Origin: Escherichia phage vB_EcoM_G2133
Reading direction: 5' to 3' (one strand)
Sequence record: MK327928.1
DNA length: 64,000 bases
Position 1 is the first letter of the stretch; each line of letters begins with the position of its first letter. The translations under genes were made by a program, and so were the position numbers. Positions 12,507-21,773 of the stretch are shown here, in pieces. The notes under the pieces were generated by a model. That model did no database searches. It was given only the letters and a program-made list of their open reading frames with translations, and was not told the DNA's origin.

Positions 12507-12708
12507 TTTTCACCTTTTTATTGATATGTCTTTTTCTATAGACAACTTTTTCTCGAGTTTCAAATTTATTCTTAGCAGTCATAGCTCGAGCCCATAATAC
12601 AGCCACTTCTTTTGCCTGTAAGTTTAATTCACGAGCAATTTCAATGAATGACTTTCCAGACTCATGAAGAGTAAACACCACAACCTCAGTTCTCATAATC
12701 AATCTCAT
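12493..12708 (-). CDS. hypothetical small protein with helix-turn-helix-like segment (position of T4 24.3)
   Basis: 71 aa; segment SFIEIARELNLQAKEVAVLWARAM resembles an HTH; alternative ATG 12 nt downstream. Confidence 0.5.
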   Translation of the reverse strand: MRLIMRTEVVVFTLHESGKSFIEIARELNLQAKEVAVLWARAMTAKNKFETREKVVYRKRHINKKVKNGTV

Positions 12709-12777
12709 GTTATCGAGTTGGTGCCATTATATACATCATTTTCTGATTATGTTTTGTGTGCTTTCAAAATGAAGAAA

Positions 12778-12791
12778 GGGGCCGAAGCCCC
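12778..12791 (-). terminator. stem-loop GGGGCUUCGGCCCC (transcript sense) after hoc
   Basis: exact 14-mer hairpin 7 nt downstream of hoc stop on minus strand. Confidence 0.55.
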
Positions 12792-12797
12792 TTATGA

Positions 12798-14216
12798 TTA
12801 TGGATAGGTATAGATGATACCAGTTTCTAAAGCAGTTTTATGAATGATGTATCCATTACGCGATTCTTGAACATCAACTTCTGGATAGTCTTTCATCATC
12901 TTCTGAAGAGTGTAACGATGCAGGTAGTATTTACTATCTGGATCTTCAGTTTTCCAATCTTTACCTTCTTCAGTCATTTTTTGGATTTCATCCATAACCC
13001 ACCAACCGCACCAGATATAAGCTGAGCTACGATGTGGAAGAGGATGAACATAAGGTAATTCACCTTCTGGTTCCGGAGCAACTTTATCAGTCACTTGAAC
13101 TTGACCTGTGGCTTTAACTGTTTTACTATCATAGTCAGTTGCTGTAACGACAGCAGTAACTTCAATAGTTTGACTTCCAACAGATGAGGTATCAACAGTA
13201 TATACGTTAGTTGACCCTTCCACAGGAGAAGAATCTTTCTTCCATGAGTAAGTAATTTGTGCTGCTTCAGGTGCGCCATTAACATTAGCAGTAAATGTAG
13301 CCGAAGCATCTTGCTGAACATTAATAGAAGGAGGAGTCAATGTAACCTGTGGATTCATTGTCTTCTTATTAACTGTCAATGATACTTCATTGGAAGTAAC
13401 TTCCTTTTCATTATAATTTTCTGCAGTTACTTGGGCTACGCATTTAATTCTTTTTACTCCACTTGTAGTTGGAGTATAGTTAAATGTAGAGTTAGTTTCT
13501 CCACCAACTTGTGAATCATCTACATACCACTGATACGTAGCAGACGCTCCGTCAGGTTGAGAAGCTAATGCAGCAGTAAATTGAACCGGGGTTCCAATTA
13601 CTCCAGCAGCAGGACTAGCAGGAGTTACTGCCAAGGTAGTTGTCTGTGTCTTTTTATTAACTGTCAATGATACTTCATTGGAAGTAACGCTCAGTGCATC
13701 ATAATCTGTCGCAGTTACTTGAGCTACACACTTAATTTTTTTAACTCCGCTTGTAGTAGGAGTATAATTGAATGTAGCAGAAGTTGCTTCGCTCACAGGA
13801 GAACCGTCAACGTACCATTGATACGTAGCAGATGCGCCCGATGGCTGTGAAGCTAAGGCAGCAGTAAATTCAACGGCTGTTCCGATTACTCCTTCTGGAG
13901 GACTATTAGGAGTTACAGCTAAGGTAGTTGTTTGTGTCTTATTTTGAACTGTGATAGTTGTACTAATTTCAGCTGTTTCAGCTTCAGAATCAGGAATAGT
14001 ATTTGTTGCAACTACCTTAATAGTCTTTTGACCAGCAGGTCCTTTTAATACATAATCAAAAGTTGCTGCTGATCCTTCTTGGGGAGCATTATCTACGCTC
14101 CAAGCATAGGTAATAGTTCCACCTCCAGTTTCACCACTGGGTGTAGCAGTAAACTGCTTGGTTTCATCAATAACCCCTGTTGGTGTTTTAGGAGTTATAT
14201 CAACTGTAAAAGCCAT
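12798..14216 (-). CDS. hoc: outer capsid decoration protein Hoc with four Ig-like domains
   Basis: 472 aa; repeated Ig-like modules (…TYQWYVD…FNYTPTTSGVK.IKCVAQVTA…); C-terminal Trp-rich capsid-binding region; synteny. T4 Hoc as recalled is 376 aa. Confidence 0.85.
   Translation of the reverse strand: MAFTVDITPKTPTGVIDETKQFTATPSGETGGGTITYAWSVDNAPQEGSAATFDYVLKGPAGQKTIKVVATNTIPDSEAETAEISTTITVQNKTQTTTLAVTPNSPPEGVIGTAVEFTAALASQPSGASATYQWYVDGSPVSEATSATFNYTPTTSGVKKIKCVAQVTATDYDALSVTSNEVSLTVNKKTQTTTLAVTPASPAAGVIGTPVQFTAALASQPDGASATYQWYVDDSQVGGETNSTFNYTPTTSGVKRIKCVAQVTAENYNEKEVTSNEVSLTVNKKTMNPQVTLTPPSINVQQDASATFTANVNGAPEAAQITYSWKKDSSPVEGSTNVYTVDTSSVGSQTIEVTAVVTATDYDSKTVKATGQVQVTDKVAPEPEGELPYVHPLPHRSSAYIWCGWWVMDEIQKMTEEGKDWKTEDPDSKYYLHRYTLQKMMKDYPEVDVQESRNGYIIHKTALETGIIYTYP
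13371..13943 (-). repeat. tandem duplication (2 x ~288 bp) encoding Hoc Ig-like domains 2 and 3
   Basis: two adjacent ~95-aa units about 79% identical at protein level (hand alignment); DNA repeats visible, e.g. TTATTAACTGTCAATGATACTTCATTGGAAGTAAC at ~13367 and ~13655. Confidence 0.8.
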
Positions 14217-14225
14217 AAGTTATCC

Positions 14226-14906
14226 TTATTTTAATGTTACGAAAGAAGAATTGCGTGTTTCACGAATTAAAACTGATCCGTCACGGTTAATGTAATAAAT
14301 TAAGCTAAATAATGTTTGGTGTGCAGAAGCATGCTCAAAACTAGTTGGGTGAGATTTCCAATCCGGAGTTTCAGCGATCCATTGATAAATCCACCAAGGA
14401 ACAGTACAGAATCCTGGATTTTTTCCAATCAGCTGAAGATTCGGACTAAAGTTTTCCGGAAGAGTAAATACAGACGGCTTTTCAGATTCAATAATCTCAG
14501 CTACAGCCTGTTCGAATTTTTCTTCAACAAAAGGAGTATCTTCAATCAAAACGTCAGTATTTTCAGGAATTTTATCCGTTTCTACTACTTCAATTTTAAT
14601 GTCAGATTTAACCGGAGAATCAATCAGAAGTGCTGCTTCTGGATTGACTTCTTCATCGTCATATTTTAACCCTTCTGCGGCATCAGCAGCATTGATTAAG
14701 TCTTTAATAGATAACCCATCAGTCTCTGGCATAGGTTCATTAGCGAGCTTCTGGAGGGCTTCTTCAATATCAATAACGATATTATCAAAAGATTTATTCT
14801 TTTTGACCTTTATACCAAACTGTTCAGCATATTCAGCTAATTTAGCTTTAGCTTCTTTATTATCATCAAGAGCCTTCAGCTCTGCAATATAATCTTTATC
14901 TATCAT
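14226..14906 (-). CDS. inh: inhibitor of prohead protease (Inh-like)
   Basis: 226 aa, position between hoc and seg gene as in T4; assignment by synteny and length. Confidence 0.7.
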   Translation of the reverse strand: MIDKDYIAELKALDDNKEAKAKLAEYAEQFGIKVKKNKSFDNIVIDIEEALQKLANEPMPETDGLSIKDLINAADAAEGLKYDDEEVNPEAALLIDSPVKSDIKIEVVETDKIPENTDVLIEDTPFVEEKFEQAVAEIIESEKPSVFTLPENFSPNLQLIGKNPGFCTVPWWIYQWIAETPDWKSHPTSFEHASAHQTLFSLIYYINRDGSVLIRETRNSSFVTLK

Positions 14907-14919
14907 AATATTTCCTCAG

Positions 14920-14927
14920 TATAAATA
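14920..14927 (+). promoter_or_regulatory. late promoter box TATAAATA upstream of seg endonuclease gene
   Basis: exact TATAAATA 29 nt upstream of ATG 14956. Confidence 0.5.
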
Positions 14928-14955
14928 TAGATATATTTATTACTCGGAAAATAGT

Positions 14956-15573
14956 ATGTACCACTTTGTATATGAAACAACAAATCTAATAAATGGTAAA
15001 AAGTATATAGGAAAACACTCTACTGATGACTTGAATGATGGTTACCTTGGTTCCGGTAAGGCAATTCAGCAGGCTATAAAGAAATATGGTGAAAACAATT
15101 TCTCTAGAACAATACTAAAAGAGTTTAAAACTTCCGAAGAAGCGTACATGTATGAAGAAGAAATTATAACTCCTGAACTAATAAAAAGCAAAAATTATTA
15201 TAATATGAAACCTGGTGGAATTGGTGGAATTGTTATGACTACAGAGGTTATAGCAAAGATGAAAGAATCTTCCGCTAAGAGATTTGAAAACTCACCGGGC
15301 ACGGTATTAGGTACAACTTGTTACACTAATGGAACTAAAAATATTTTTATTAAGCCTGGAGAACTTGTTCCAGAAGGATTTGTAAAAGGGATGGTTCATC
15401 CTAATAGAAAGTCCAGAAAAGGATGTAAAGTCAAACCGACTACCACAGGAACTTTTTGGATCAATAATGGCACAATAAATAAATTAATACAACCAGACGG
15501 TATTATTCCCGACGGATTTATTAAAGGTCGTCTCATGAAAAGAGATTCTAAAGGCAAATTTAGTAAGGCATAA
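14956..15573 (+). CDS. segE: GIY-YIG homing endonuclease (seg family)
   Basis: 205 aa; N-terminal GIY-YIG module YHFVYETTNLINGKKYIGKH...GYLGSG; location between hoc/inh and uvsW fits segE as I recall. Confidence 0.7.
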   Translation: MYHFVYETTNLINGKKYIGKHSTDDLNDGYLGSGKAIQQAIKKYGENNFSRTILKEFKTSEEAYMYEEEIITPELIKSKNYYNMKPGGIGGIVMTTEVIAKMKESSAKRFENSPGTVLGTTCYTNGTKNIFIKPGELVPEGFVKGMVHPNRKSRKGCKVKPTTTGTFWINNGTINKLIQPDGIIPDGFIKGRLMKRDSKGKFSKA

Positions 15574-15575
15574 TT

Positions 15576-17084
15576 ATGGATATTAAAGTACATTTTCACG
15601 ACTTCAGTCATGTACGCATCGATTGTGAAGAGAGCACGTTCCACGAATTAAGAGATTTCTTTTCGTTTGAGGCCGATGGATATAGATTTAACCCTCGCTT
15701 CAGATATGGCAACTGGGATGGACGAATCCGTCTTTTAGATTATAATCGTCTTCTTCCATTCGGCTTAGTCGGGCAAATTAAAAAGTTCTGTGATAACTTT
15801 GGCTATAAAGCCTGGATTGACCCGCAAATTAATGAAAAAGAAGAATTATCAAGAAAAGATTTTGATGAATGGCTTTCTAAATTAGAAATCTATTCAGGAA
15901 ATAAAAGAATTGAACCACACTGGTATCAAAAAGATGCAGTGTTCGAAGGATTAGTTAATCGTCGTAGAATTCTTAATCTTCCAACATCTGCGGGTAAATC
16001 TTTAATTCAAGCTTTGCTTGCGCGATATTATTTGGAAAATTATGAAGGTAAAATTCTTATCATTGTTCCAACAACTGCTCTGACAACTCAGATGGCTGAT
16101 GACTTTGTTGATTATCGTTTATTCAGTCATGCAATGATAAAGAAAATCGGTGGCGGAGCATCAAAAGATGATAAATATAAAAATGATGCACCAGTCGTCG
16201 TTGGTACATGGCAAACTGTAGTAAAACAACCGAAAGAATGGTTCTCACAGTTTGGAATGATGATGAATGATGAATGCCATCTTGCTACAGGAAAAAGTAT
16301 TTCATCTATCATATCAGGTTTAAATAACTGTATGTTTAAATTTGGTCTATCTGGTTCATTACGTGATGGCAAAGCCAATATCATGCAGTATGTTGGAATG
16401 TTTGGTGAAATATTTAAGCCAGTAACGACTTCTAAGTTAATGGAAGATGGACAAGTAACTGAGCTAAAAATTAATAGTATTTTTCTTCGCTATCCCGATG
16501 AGTTCACTACTAAATTAAAGGGAAAAACTTATCAAGAAGAAATAAAAATTATTACTGGGCTTAGTAAAAGAAATAAATGGATCGCTAAATTAGCTATTAA
16601 GCTTGCGCAAAAAGATGAAAACGCTTTTGTCATGTTTAAACATGTATCACATGGTAAAGCTATTTTCGATTTAATTAAAAATGAATACGATAAAGTTTAT
16701 TACGTATCAGGGGAAGTTGATACCGAAACCCGCAATATAATGAAAACCTTAGCTGAAAATGGTAAAGGAATAATTATAGTAGCTAGTTATGGTGTATTTT
16801 CTACTGGTATTTCAGTTAAAAATCTGCATCACGTTGTTTTAGCGCACGGTGTTAAATCAAAAATCATTGTATTACAAACAATAGGTCGCGTATTACGTAA
16901 ACATGGTTCTAAAACAATTGCAACAGTCTGGGATCTTATAGATGACGCAGGCGTCAAGCCAAAATCTGCTAATACGAAAAAGAAATACGTTCATTTGAAC
17001 TATCTTTTAAAACACGGCATTGATCGTATTCAGCGCTACGCAGATGAAAAATTTAATTACGTAATGAAAACAGTTAATTTATAA
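15576..17084 (+). CDS. uvsW: UvsW RNA-DNA and DNA-DNA helicase
   Basis: 502 aa; helicase motifs (NLPTSAGKS Walker A, DECH box); synteny. Confidence 0.92.
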   Translation: MDIKVHFHDFSHVRIDCEESTFHELRDFFSFEADGYRFNPRFRYGNWDGRIRLLDYNRLLPFGLVGQIKKFCDNFGYKAWIDPQINEKEELSRKDFDEWLSKLEIYSGNKRIEPHWYQKDAVFEGLVNRRRILNLPTSAGKSLIQALLARYYLENYEGKILIIVPTTALTTQMADDFVDYRLFSHAMIKKIGGGASKDDKYKNDAPVVVGTWQTVVKQPKEWFSQFGMMMNDECHLATGKSISSIISGLNNCMFKFGLSGSLRDGKANIMQYVGMFGEIFKPVTTSKLMEDGQVTELKINSIFLRYPDEFTTKLKGKTYQEEIKIITGLSKRNKWIAKLAIKLAQKDENAFVMFKHVSHGKAIFDLIKNEYDKVYYVSGEVDTETRNIMKTLAENGKGIIIVASYGVFSTGISVKNLHHVVLAHGVKSKIIVLQTIGRVLRKHGSKTIATVWDLIDDAGVKPKSANTKKKYVHLNYLLKHGIDRIQRYADEKFNYVMKTVNL

Positions 17085-17096
17085 GGGCTTCGGCCC
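17085..17096 (+). promoter_or_regulatory. stem-loop GGGCUUCGGCCC immediately after uvsW stop and before uvsW.1 SD
   Basis: hairpin directly abutting stop codon, followed by TTTGGAG and ATG 17110. Confidence 0.5.
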
Positions 17097-17109
17097 TTTG
17101 GAGAAAAAG

Positions 17110-17340
17110 ATGTTACTAGAATTTAAACAATTTCTTTATGAAGCTTCTATTGATGAATTTATGGGTAAAATTGCCTCTTGTCAAACATTAGAAGGTTTAG
17201 AAGAACTTGAAGCTTATTATAAGAAAAGAGTTAAAGAAACTGAATTAAAAGATACTGATGACATCTCTGTGAGAGATGCTTTGGCAGGAAAAAGAGCTGA
17301 ATTAGAAGATTCAGACGATGAAGTAGAAGAAAGCTTTTAA
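17110..17340 (+). CDS. uvsW.1: UvsW.1-like small acidic protein
   Basis: track ORF begins at TTG 17098; ATG 17110 with GGAG 6 nt upstream gives 76 aa. Confidence 0.7.
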   Translation: MLLEFKQFLYEASIDEFMGKIASCQTLEGLEELEAYYKKRVKETELKDTDDISVRDALAGKRAELEDSDDEVEESF

Positions 17341-17349
17341 ATTAAAAAA

Positions 17350-17372
17350 GGCCCAACCAAAAAGGAAGGGCC
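17350..17372 (-). terminator. terminator hairpin at end of uvsY transcription unit
   Basis: GGCCC...GGGCC stem with T-run on minus strand. Confidence 0.45.
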
Positions 17373-17395
17373 AAAACTATAGACTAAAGGTCACA

Positions 17396-17563
17396 CTATA
17401 GCAAAAGTTGTGTTTCATTTAATTGTTCTTCCGAACTTTCTGAAACTGGTAGTTCTTTAATGTAATTATAGCAAGGCCCAGGATGTACAGGACCTTTGTC
17501 TGTTTCAACAACCAATGCAGAATCGATTGGAGTTTTACAGACAACACAAATCTTATCTGACAT
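17396..17563 (-). CDS. small Cys-containing protein (position of T4 uvsY.-2), not in ORF track
   Basis: hand translation MSDKICVVCKTPIDSALVVETDKGPVHPGPCYNYIKELPVSESSEEQLNETQLLL (55 aa), CxxC...C pattern. Confidence 0.5.
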   Translation of the reverse strand: MSDKICVVCKTPIDSALVVETDKGPVHPGPCYNYIKELPVSESSEEQLNETQLLL

Positions 17564-17591
17564 GATTGTCTCCTCTAAATTATATATCTAT

Positions 17592-17816
17592 TTATATAAC
17601 TCTCATATGCATATCAATGCCCATATCTTTGGAATAAAAATATTCATCAAGATATCCAGCAAATTTTCCTTTAACATAAAGTACATCTTCACCGCATGGG
17701 TGGTCGGCCAGGATACGAATATCCTGACGCTTGAGATTATACTTTTTCATTAAGAATTGAATTTCCGTTTCGAATTCTTCTTCATAATTAAAAGCATCAT
17801 CAATGCTATATTTCAT
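17592..17816 (-). CDS. hypothetical protein (position of T4 uvsY.-1)
   Basis: 74 aa ORF, start overlaps uvsY stop (TAATG). Confidence 0.6.
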   Translation of the reverse strand: MKYSIDDAFNYEEEFETEIQFLMKKYNLKRQDIRILADHPCGEDVLYVKGKFAGYLDEYFYSKDMGIDMHMRVI

Positions 17817-18229
17817 TATTTTCCAGCCTCAAATGCTCGCATGTCTTGAATATGCTTAATAGCAAATCCGCGTGATTTAATAGCATCAAGAGCTCCGCTA
17901 CAGAAATCCAATAAAATTCCCCAATATTGTAATGAAGTATCAACTTTTAAAACATCCTTATCAGCTGATAGAACTGTCTTCATTTCTGATTTCTCATAAC
18001 GGTCCATACTAAATTCATCACCATCTCCTCGTCCCGAGTAGTAGTCTAATTTAGCTTTAAGAGCAACTTTTTTCTGTGCATCAATTCTAAGCATTTCCTT
18101 TTTAATACTTGAATGCTTATTGAGCCATTTACTATATAACATCACATTATTAGCTGCTTCATACTGTAATTTAGTCGAATCTATAAACACATCTTTCTTC
18201 AATTCTTCTTGAAGATCTTCTAATCTCAT
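17816..18229 (-). CDS. uvsY: UvsY recombination mediator
   Basis: 137 aa as in T4 UvsY; MRLEDLQEELKKDVFIDSTKLQYEAANNVMLYSKWLNKH. Confidence 0.9.
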   Translation of the reverse strand: MRLEDLQEELKKDVFIDSTKLQYEAANNVMLYSKWLNKHSSIKKEMLRIDAQKKVALKAKLDYYSGRGDGDEFSMDRYEKSEMKTVLSADKDVLKVDTSLQYWGILLDFCSGALDAIKSRGFAIKHIQDMRAFEAGK

Positions 18230-18295
18230 ATTGTTCTCTATTCAATTGTTATTGGATGGACTTAGATTCATTATACCACGTTTTAACGTGAAGCA

Positions 18296-18694
18296 TTATA
18301 CTCTATTACTAGAAGCCAGTTGCAGTTTTATCTGCTCAATATCATCAGGGTTATCGATGACCGAAAAACGTATTTCTACTATCAGAGTATAATCATCATA
18401 AACGGGTATCACATTAACTGCTAATTTATCAATACGTGGCTCATAGTTTCTTACTGCGCTTTCGATATTACGCTCAACTGTGTCAGCAGTAAGAGGAGTC
18501 ATATTTTCAAAAAGCTGGTCTGATAAATCACATCCAAATTCAGGGTCAAACGGTCTTGAACCTTTTCTTGTTGTAATAATTCCCAAAAGACTGTTTTTAA
18601 TTGACCTTAATCCAAGTGATCTGGAAACGTCTTTGTTCCAATCCATTTTCATTTCCGGGTCAATGTCAGAATAAAGCTTATTAATATTTGACAT
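18296..18694 (-). CDS. 25: baseplate wedge subunit
   Basis: 132 aa as in T4 gp25; synteny. Confidence 0.92.
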   Translation of the reverse strand: MSNINKLYSDIDPEMKMDWNKDVSRSLGLRSIKNSLLGIITTRKGSRPFDPEFGCDLSDQLFENMTPLTADTVERNIESAVRNYEPRIDKLAVNVIPVYDDYTLIVEIRFSVIDNPDDIEQIKLQLASSNRV

Positions 18695-19320
18695 TATAGT
18701 AACTCAAAGAACTCTTTGAGGCCTCTTATTACGTGAGCATGGGTTTTTCCACACTCTGGACACTTAATTGGAACAGCCAAATAAACAGTAGGCTTTAAAA
18801 GCATATCTTTTATAGCTACAATATCTGACTCTGTGATGATAGAATATAAATCTTCCAGTTCTTTTTCATTTAAGTCTTCAACTGGAATGCTTTCCCCGTT
18901 AGCATGAATCGTTTCTATACATGATACTATCATGTGGGCTATATTTTTATCATCAAAAATTTTAGGGTATCGGAATTTAATTTTAATGTCACCCAGTGTA
19001 TACCAGAGGTCTTCTGGTGCATCTATTTGTGTATGTAATAGATTTATATGGGTTGGTATTTCAGTTCCACAGGTGCACTTCCAGGAGTTTTCGTGATTAA
19101 CTTCACCGAGAGAATGTGCCCATAAATGAATCAACAATAGTTCTGATTCTTGGCGGTTTAAATCTTTTGCATTTGTGCAGTCTTTGATTAGCTTTTTAAC
19201 AATTACTTCTACGGAACCATTATTTTTGGCAGTAATAAGTTCTAGATATTCTTTAAGCGTGAATGCGCGACAATTGATTATTTTAGAACCAACTCTCACA
19301 TCAAATTTGTATTCATACAT
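18694..19320 (-). CDS. 26: baseplate hub subunit
   Basis: 208 aa as in T4 gp26; start overlaps gene 25 stop. Confidence 0.88.
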   Translation of the reverse strand: MYEYKFDVRVGSKIINCRAFTLKEYLELITAKNNGSVEVIVKKLIKDCTNAKDLNRQESELLLIHLWAHSLGEVNHENSWKCTCGTEIPTHINLLHTQIDAPEDLWYTLGDIKIKFRYPKIFDDKNIAHMIVSCIETIHANGESIPVEDLNEKELEDLYSIITESDIVAIKDMLLKPTVYLAVPIKCPECGKTHAHVIRGLKEFFELL

Positions 19321-19341
19321 ATTTAGCTCCTTTATTTATCA

Positions 19342-19353
19342 TATTTATAAATA
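19342..19353. promoter_or_regulatory. overlapping divergent late promoter boxes (TATAAATA on both strands)
   Basis: ATATTTATAAATAG: TATAAATA at 19346..19353 (+) toward gene 51 and its reverse complement at 19342..19349 (-) toward genes 26/25. Confidence 0.55.
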
Positions 19354-19370
19354 GAATAAAAGGAGCATCT

Positions 19371-20120
19371 ATGGCAAACATTATTCGTTGTAAATTACCA
19401 GATGGTGTTCATCGTTTTAAACCATTTACGGTAGAAGATTATCGAGATTTTTTGTTAGTTCGAAACGATATAGAACATCGGTCACCGCAAGAACAAAAAG
19501 AAATAATTACTGATTTAATTGATGATTATTTTGGAGACTATCCGAAGACTTGGCAACCATTTATATTTTTGCAGGTATTTGTAGGGTCGATAGGTAAAAC
19601 TAAAGTACCGGTCACATTTGTATGTCCAAAATGTAAAAAAGAAAAGACAGTTCCATTTGAAATATACCAAAAAGAATTAAAGGAACCTGTTTTTGATGTA
19701 GCTAATGTTAAAATTAAATTAAAGTTTCCTTCTGAGTTTTATGAAAATAAAGCAAAGATGATTACTGAAAATATTCATTCTGTCCAAGTAGATGAAATAT
19801 GGTATGATTGGAAGGAAATTAGTGAATCAAGCCAAATAGAACTTGTTGATGCCATCGAGATAGAAACATTAGAAAAAATTCTCGATGCAATGAATCCTAT
19901 TAATTTAACTCTACATATGTCATGCTGTAATAAGTACATTAAAAAATACACTGATATAGTAGACGTGTTTAAGCTATTAGTTAACCCAGATGAGATATTT
20001 ACTTTTTATCAAATTAATCACACACTCGTAAAAAGTAATTATAGCTTAAATTCAATAATGAAAATGATTCCTGCCGAGCGCGGATTCGTATTAAAACTGA
20101 TTGAGAAGGATAAACAATAA
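19371..20120 (+). CDS. 51: baseplate hub assembly catalyst
   Basis: 249 aa as in T4 gp51; divergent from gene 26. Confidence 0.9.
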   Translation: MANIIRCKLPDGVHRFKPFTVEDYRDFLLVRNDIEHRSPQEQKEIITDLIDDYFGDYPKTWQPFIFLQVFVGSIGKTKVPVTFVCPKCKKEKTVPFEIYQKELKEPVFDVANVKIKLKFPSEFYENKAKMITENIHSVQVDEIWYDWKEISESSQIELVDAIEIETLEKILDAMNPINLTLHMSCCNKYIKKYTDIVDVFKLLVNPDEIFTFYQINHTLVKSNYSLNSIMKMIPAERGFVLKLIEKDKQ

Positions 20121-21295
20121 TGAGTATGTTGCAACGCCCCGGATATCCAAATCTCAGCGTTAAATTATTTGATAGCTACGACGCTTGGAGTAATAATAGA
20201 TTTGTTGAATTAGCTGCTACTATTACCACATTAACTATGCGGGATTCTCTTTATGGCCGAAATGAAGGAATGTTGCAGTTTTATGATTCTAAAAACATCC
20301 ATACAAAAATGGATGGAAATGAAATAATTCAGATTTCTGTAGCTAATGCAAATGATATTAATAATGTTAAAACACGAATTTATGGATGTAAGCATTTTTC
20401 CGTGTCAGTAGATTCAAAAGGTGATAACATCATTGCTATTGAATTGGGAACTATTCATTCTATAGAAAATCTTAAATTTGGTAGACCATTTTTCCCTGAT
20501 GCGGGTGAATCAATAAAAGAAATGCTTGGTGTCATTTATCAAGACCGTACACTATTAACTCCAGCAATAAATGCTATAAATGCTTATGTTCCTGATATTC
20601 CATGGACTAGCACATTTGAAAACTATTTGTCATATGTAAGAGAAGTTGCTCTAGCTGTAGGAAGTGACAAATTTGTATTTGTGTGGCAAGACATCATGGG
20701 AGTTAACATGATGGACTATGATATGATGATAAACCAAGAACCATATCCAATGATTGTCGGCGAGCCATCTTTAATAGGTCAATTCATCCAAGAATTAAAA
20801 TACCCATTAGCATATGATTTCGTTTGGTTGACTAAATCGAATCCTCACAAACGTGACCCAATGAAAAATGCTACTATCTATGCTCATTCATTTTTAGATT
20901 CTTCATTGCCAATGATTACTACGGGAAAGGGCGAAAACTCTATTGTAGTGTCAAGGTCAGGTGCTTATTCTGAAATGACTTATAGGAATGGTTATGAAGA
21001 AGCTATTCGTCTTCAAACTATGGCACAATATGACGGCTATGCTAAATGTTCTACTGTCGGTAATTTTAACTTGACTCCTGGTGTTAAAATTATTTTTAAT
21101 GATAGTAAAAACCAATTTAAAACAGAATTTTACGTTGATGAAGTTATCCATGAATTATCAAATAATAATTCAGTAACTCATCTTTATATGTTCACTAATG
21201 CAACGAAACTGGAAACAATAGACCCAGTTAAGGTTAAAAATGAATTTAAATCTGATACTACCACTGAAGAAAGTAGTTCTTCCAATAAGCAATAA
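20120..21295 (+). CDS. 27: baseplate hub subunit
   Basis: 391 aa as in T4 gp27. Confidence 0.93.
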   Translation: MSMLQRPGYPNLSVKLFDSYDAWSNNRFVELAATITTLTMRDSLYGRNEGMLQFYDSKNIHTKMDGNEIIQISVANANDINNVKTRIYGCKHFSVSVDSKGDNIIAIELGTIHSIENLKFGRPFFPDAGESIKEMLGVIYQDRTLLTPAINAINAYVPDIPWTSTFENYLSYVREVALAVGSDKFVFVWQDIMGVNMMDYDMMINQEPYPMIVGEPSLIGQFIQELKYPLAYDFVWLTKSNPHKRDPMKNATIYAHSFLDSSLPMITTGKGENSIVVSRSGAYSEMTYRNGYEEAIRLQTMAQYDGYAKCSTVGNFNLTPGVKIIFNDSKNQFKTEFYVDEVIHELSNNNSVTHLYMFTNATKLETIDPVKVKNEFKSDTTTEESSSSNKQ

Positions 21296-21773
21296 AGAAG
21301 TTTCTATTCCTAAAATGGGTCTTAAACATTATAACATTTTAAAGGATGTTAAAGGTCCTGATGAAAATTTAAAACTTCTTATTGATTCTATTTGTCCGAA
21401 TTTATCACCGGCAGAAGTTGATTTCGTTTCTATTCATTTATTGGAATTTAATGGAAAGATTAAATCTCGTAAAGAAATAGATGGCTATACTTATGACATT
21501 AATGATGTCTATGTATGCCAAAGATTGGAATTTCAATACCAAGGAAATACATTTTATTTTAGACCTCCTGGAAAATTTGAACAATTTTTAACGGTGAGCG
21601 ATATGTTATCTAAATGCTTGCTTAAGGTCAACGATGAAGTTAAAGAAATTAATTTTCTTGAGATGCCAGCATTCGTTTTAAAATGGGCAAATGATATTTT
21701 TACAACTTTAGCAATTCCTGGCCCTAATGGTCCAATAACTGGAATTGGCAATATTATTGGATTATTTGAATGA
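21240..21773 (+). CDS. 28: baseplate hub distal subunit
   Basis: 177 aa as in T4 gp28; overlaps 3' end of gene 27 by 56 nt in another frame. Confidence 0.85.
   Translation: MNLNLILPLKKVVLPISNKEVSIPKMGLKHYNILKDVKGPDENLKLLIDSICPNLSPAEVDFVSIHLLEFNGKIKSRKEIDGYTYDINDVYVCQRLEFQYQGNTFYFRPPGKFEQFLTVSDMLSKCLLKVNDEVKEINFLEMPAFVLKWANDIFTTLAIPGPNGPITGIGNIIGLFE

Noticed and set aside
17496-17753. 85-aa plus-strand ORF between uvsW.1 and uvsY
   Set aside because: Overlaps two minus-strand ORFs (17396..17563 and 17592..17816) that fit T4 synteny; low-complexity Ile/Phe-rich translation.
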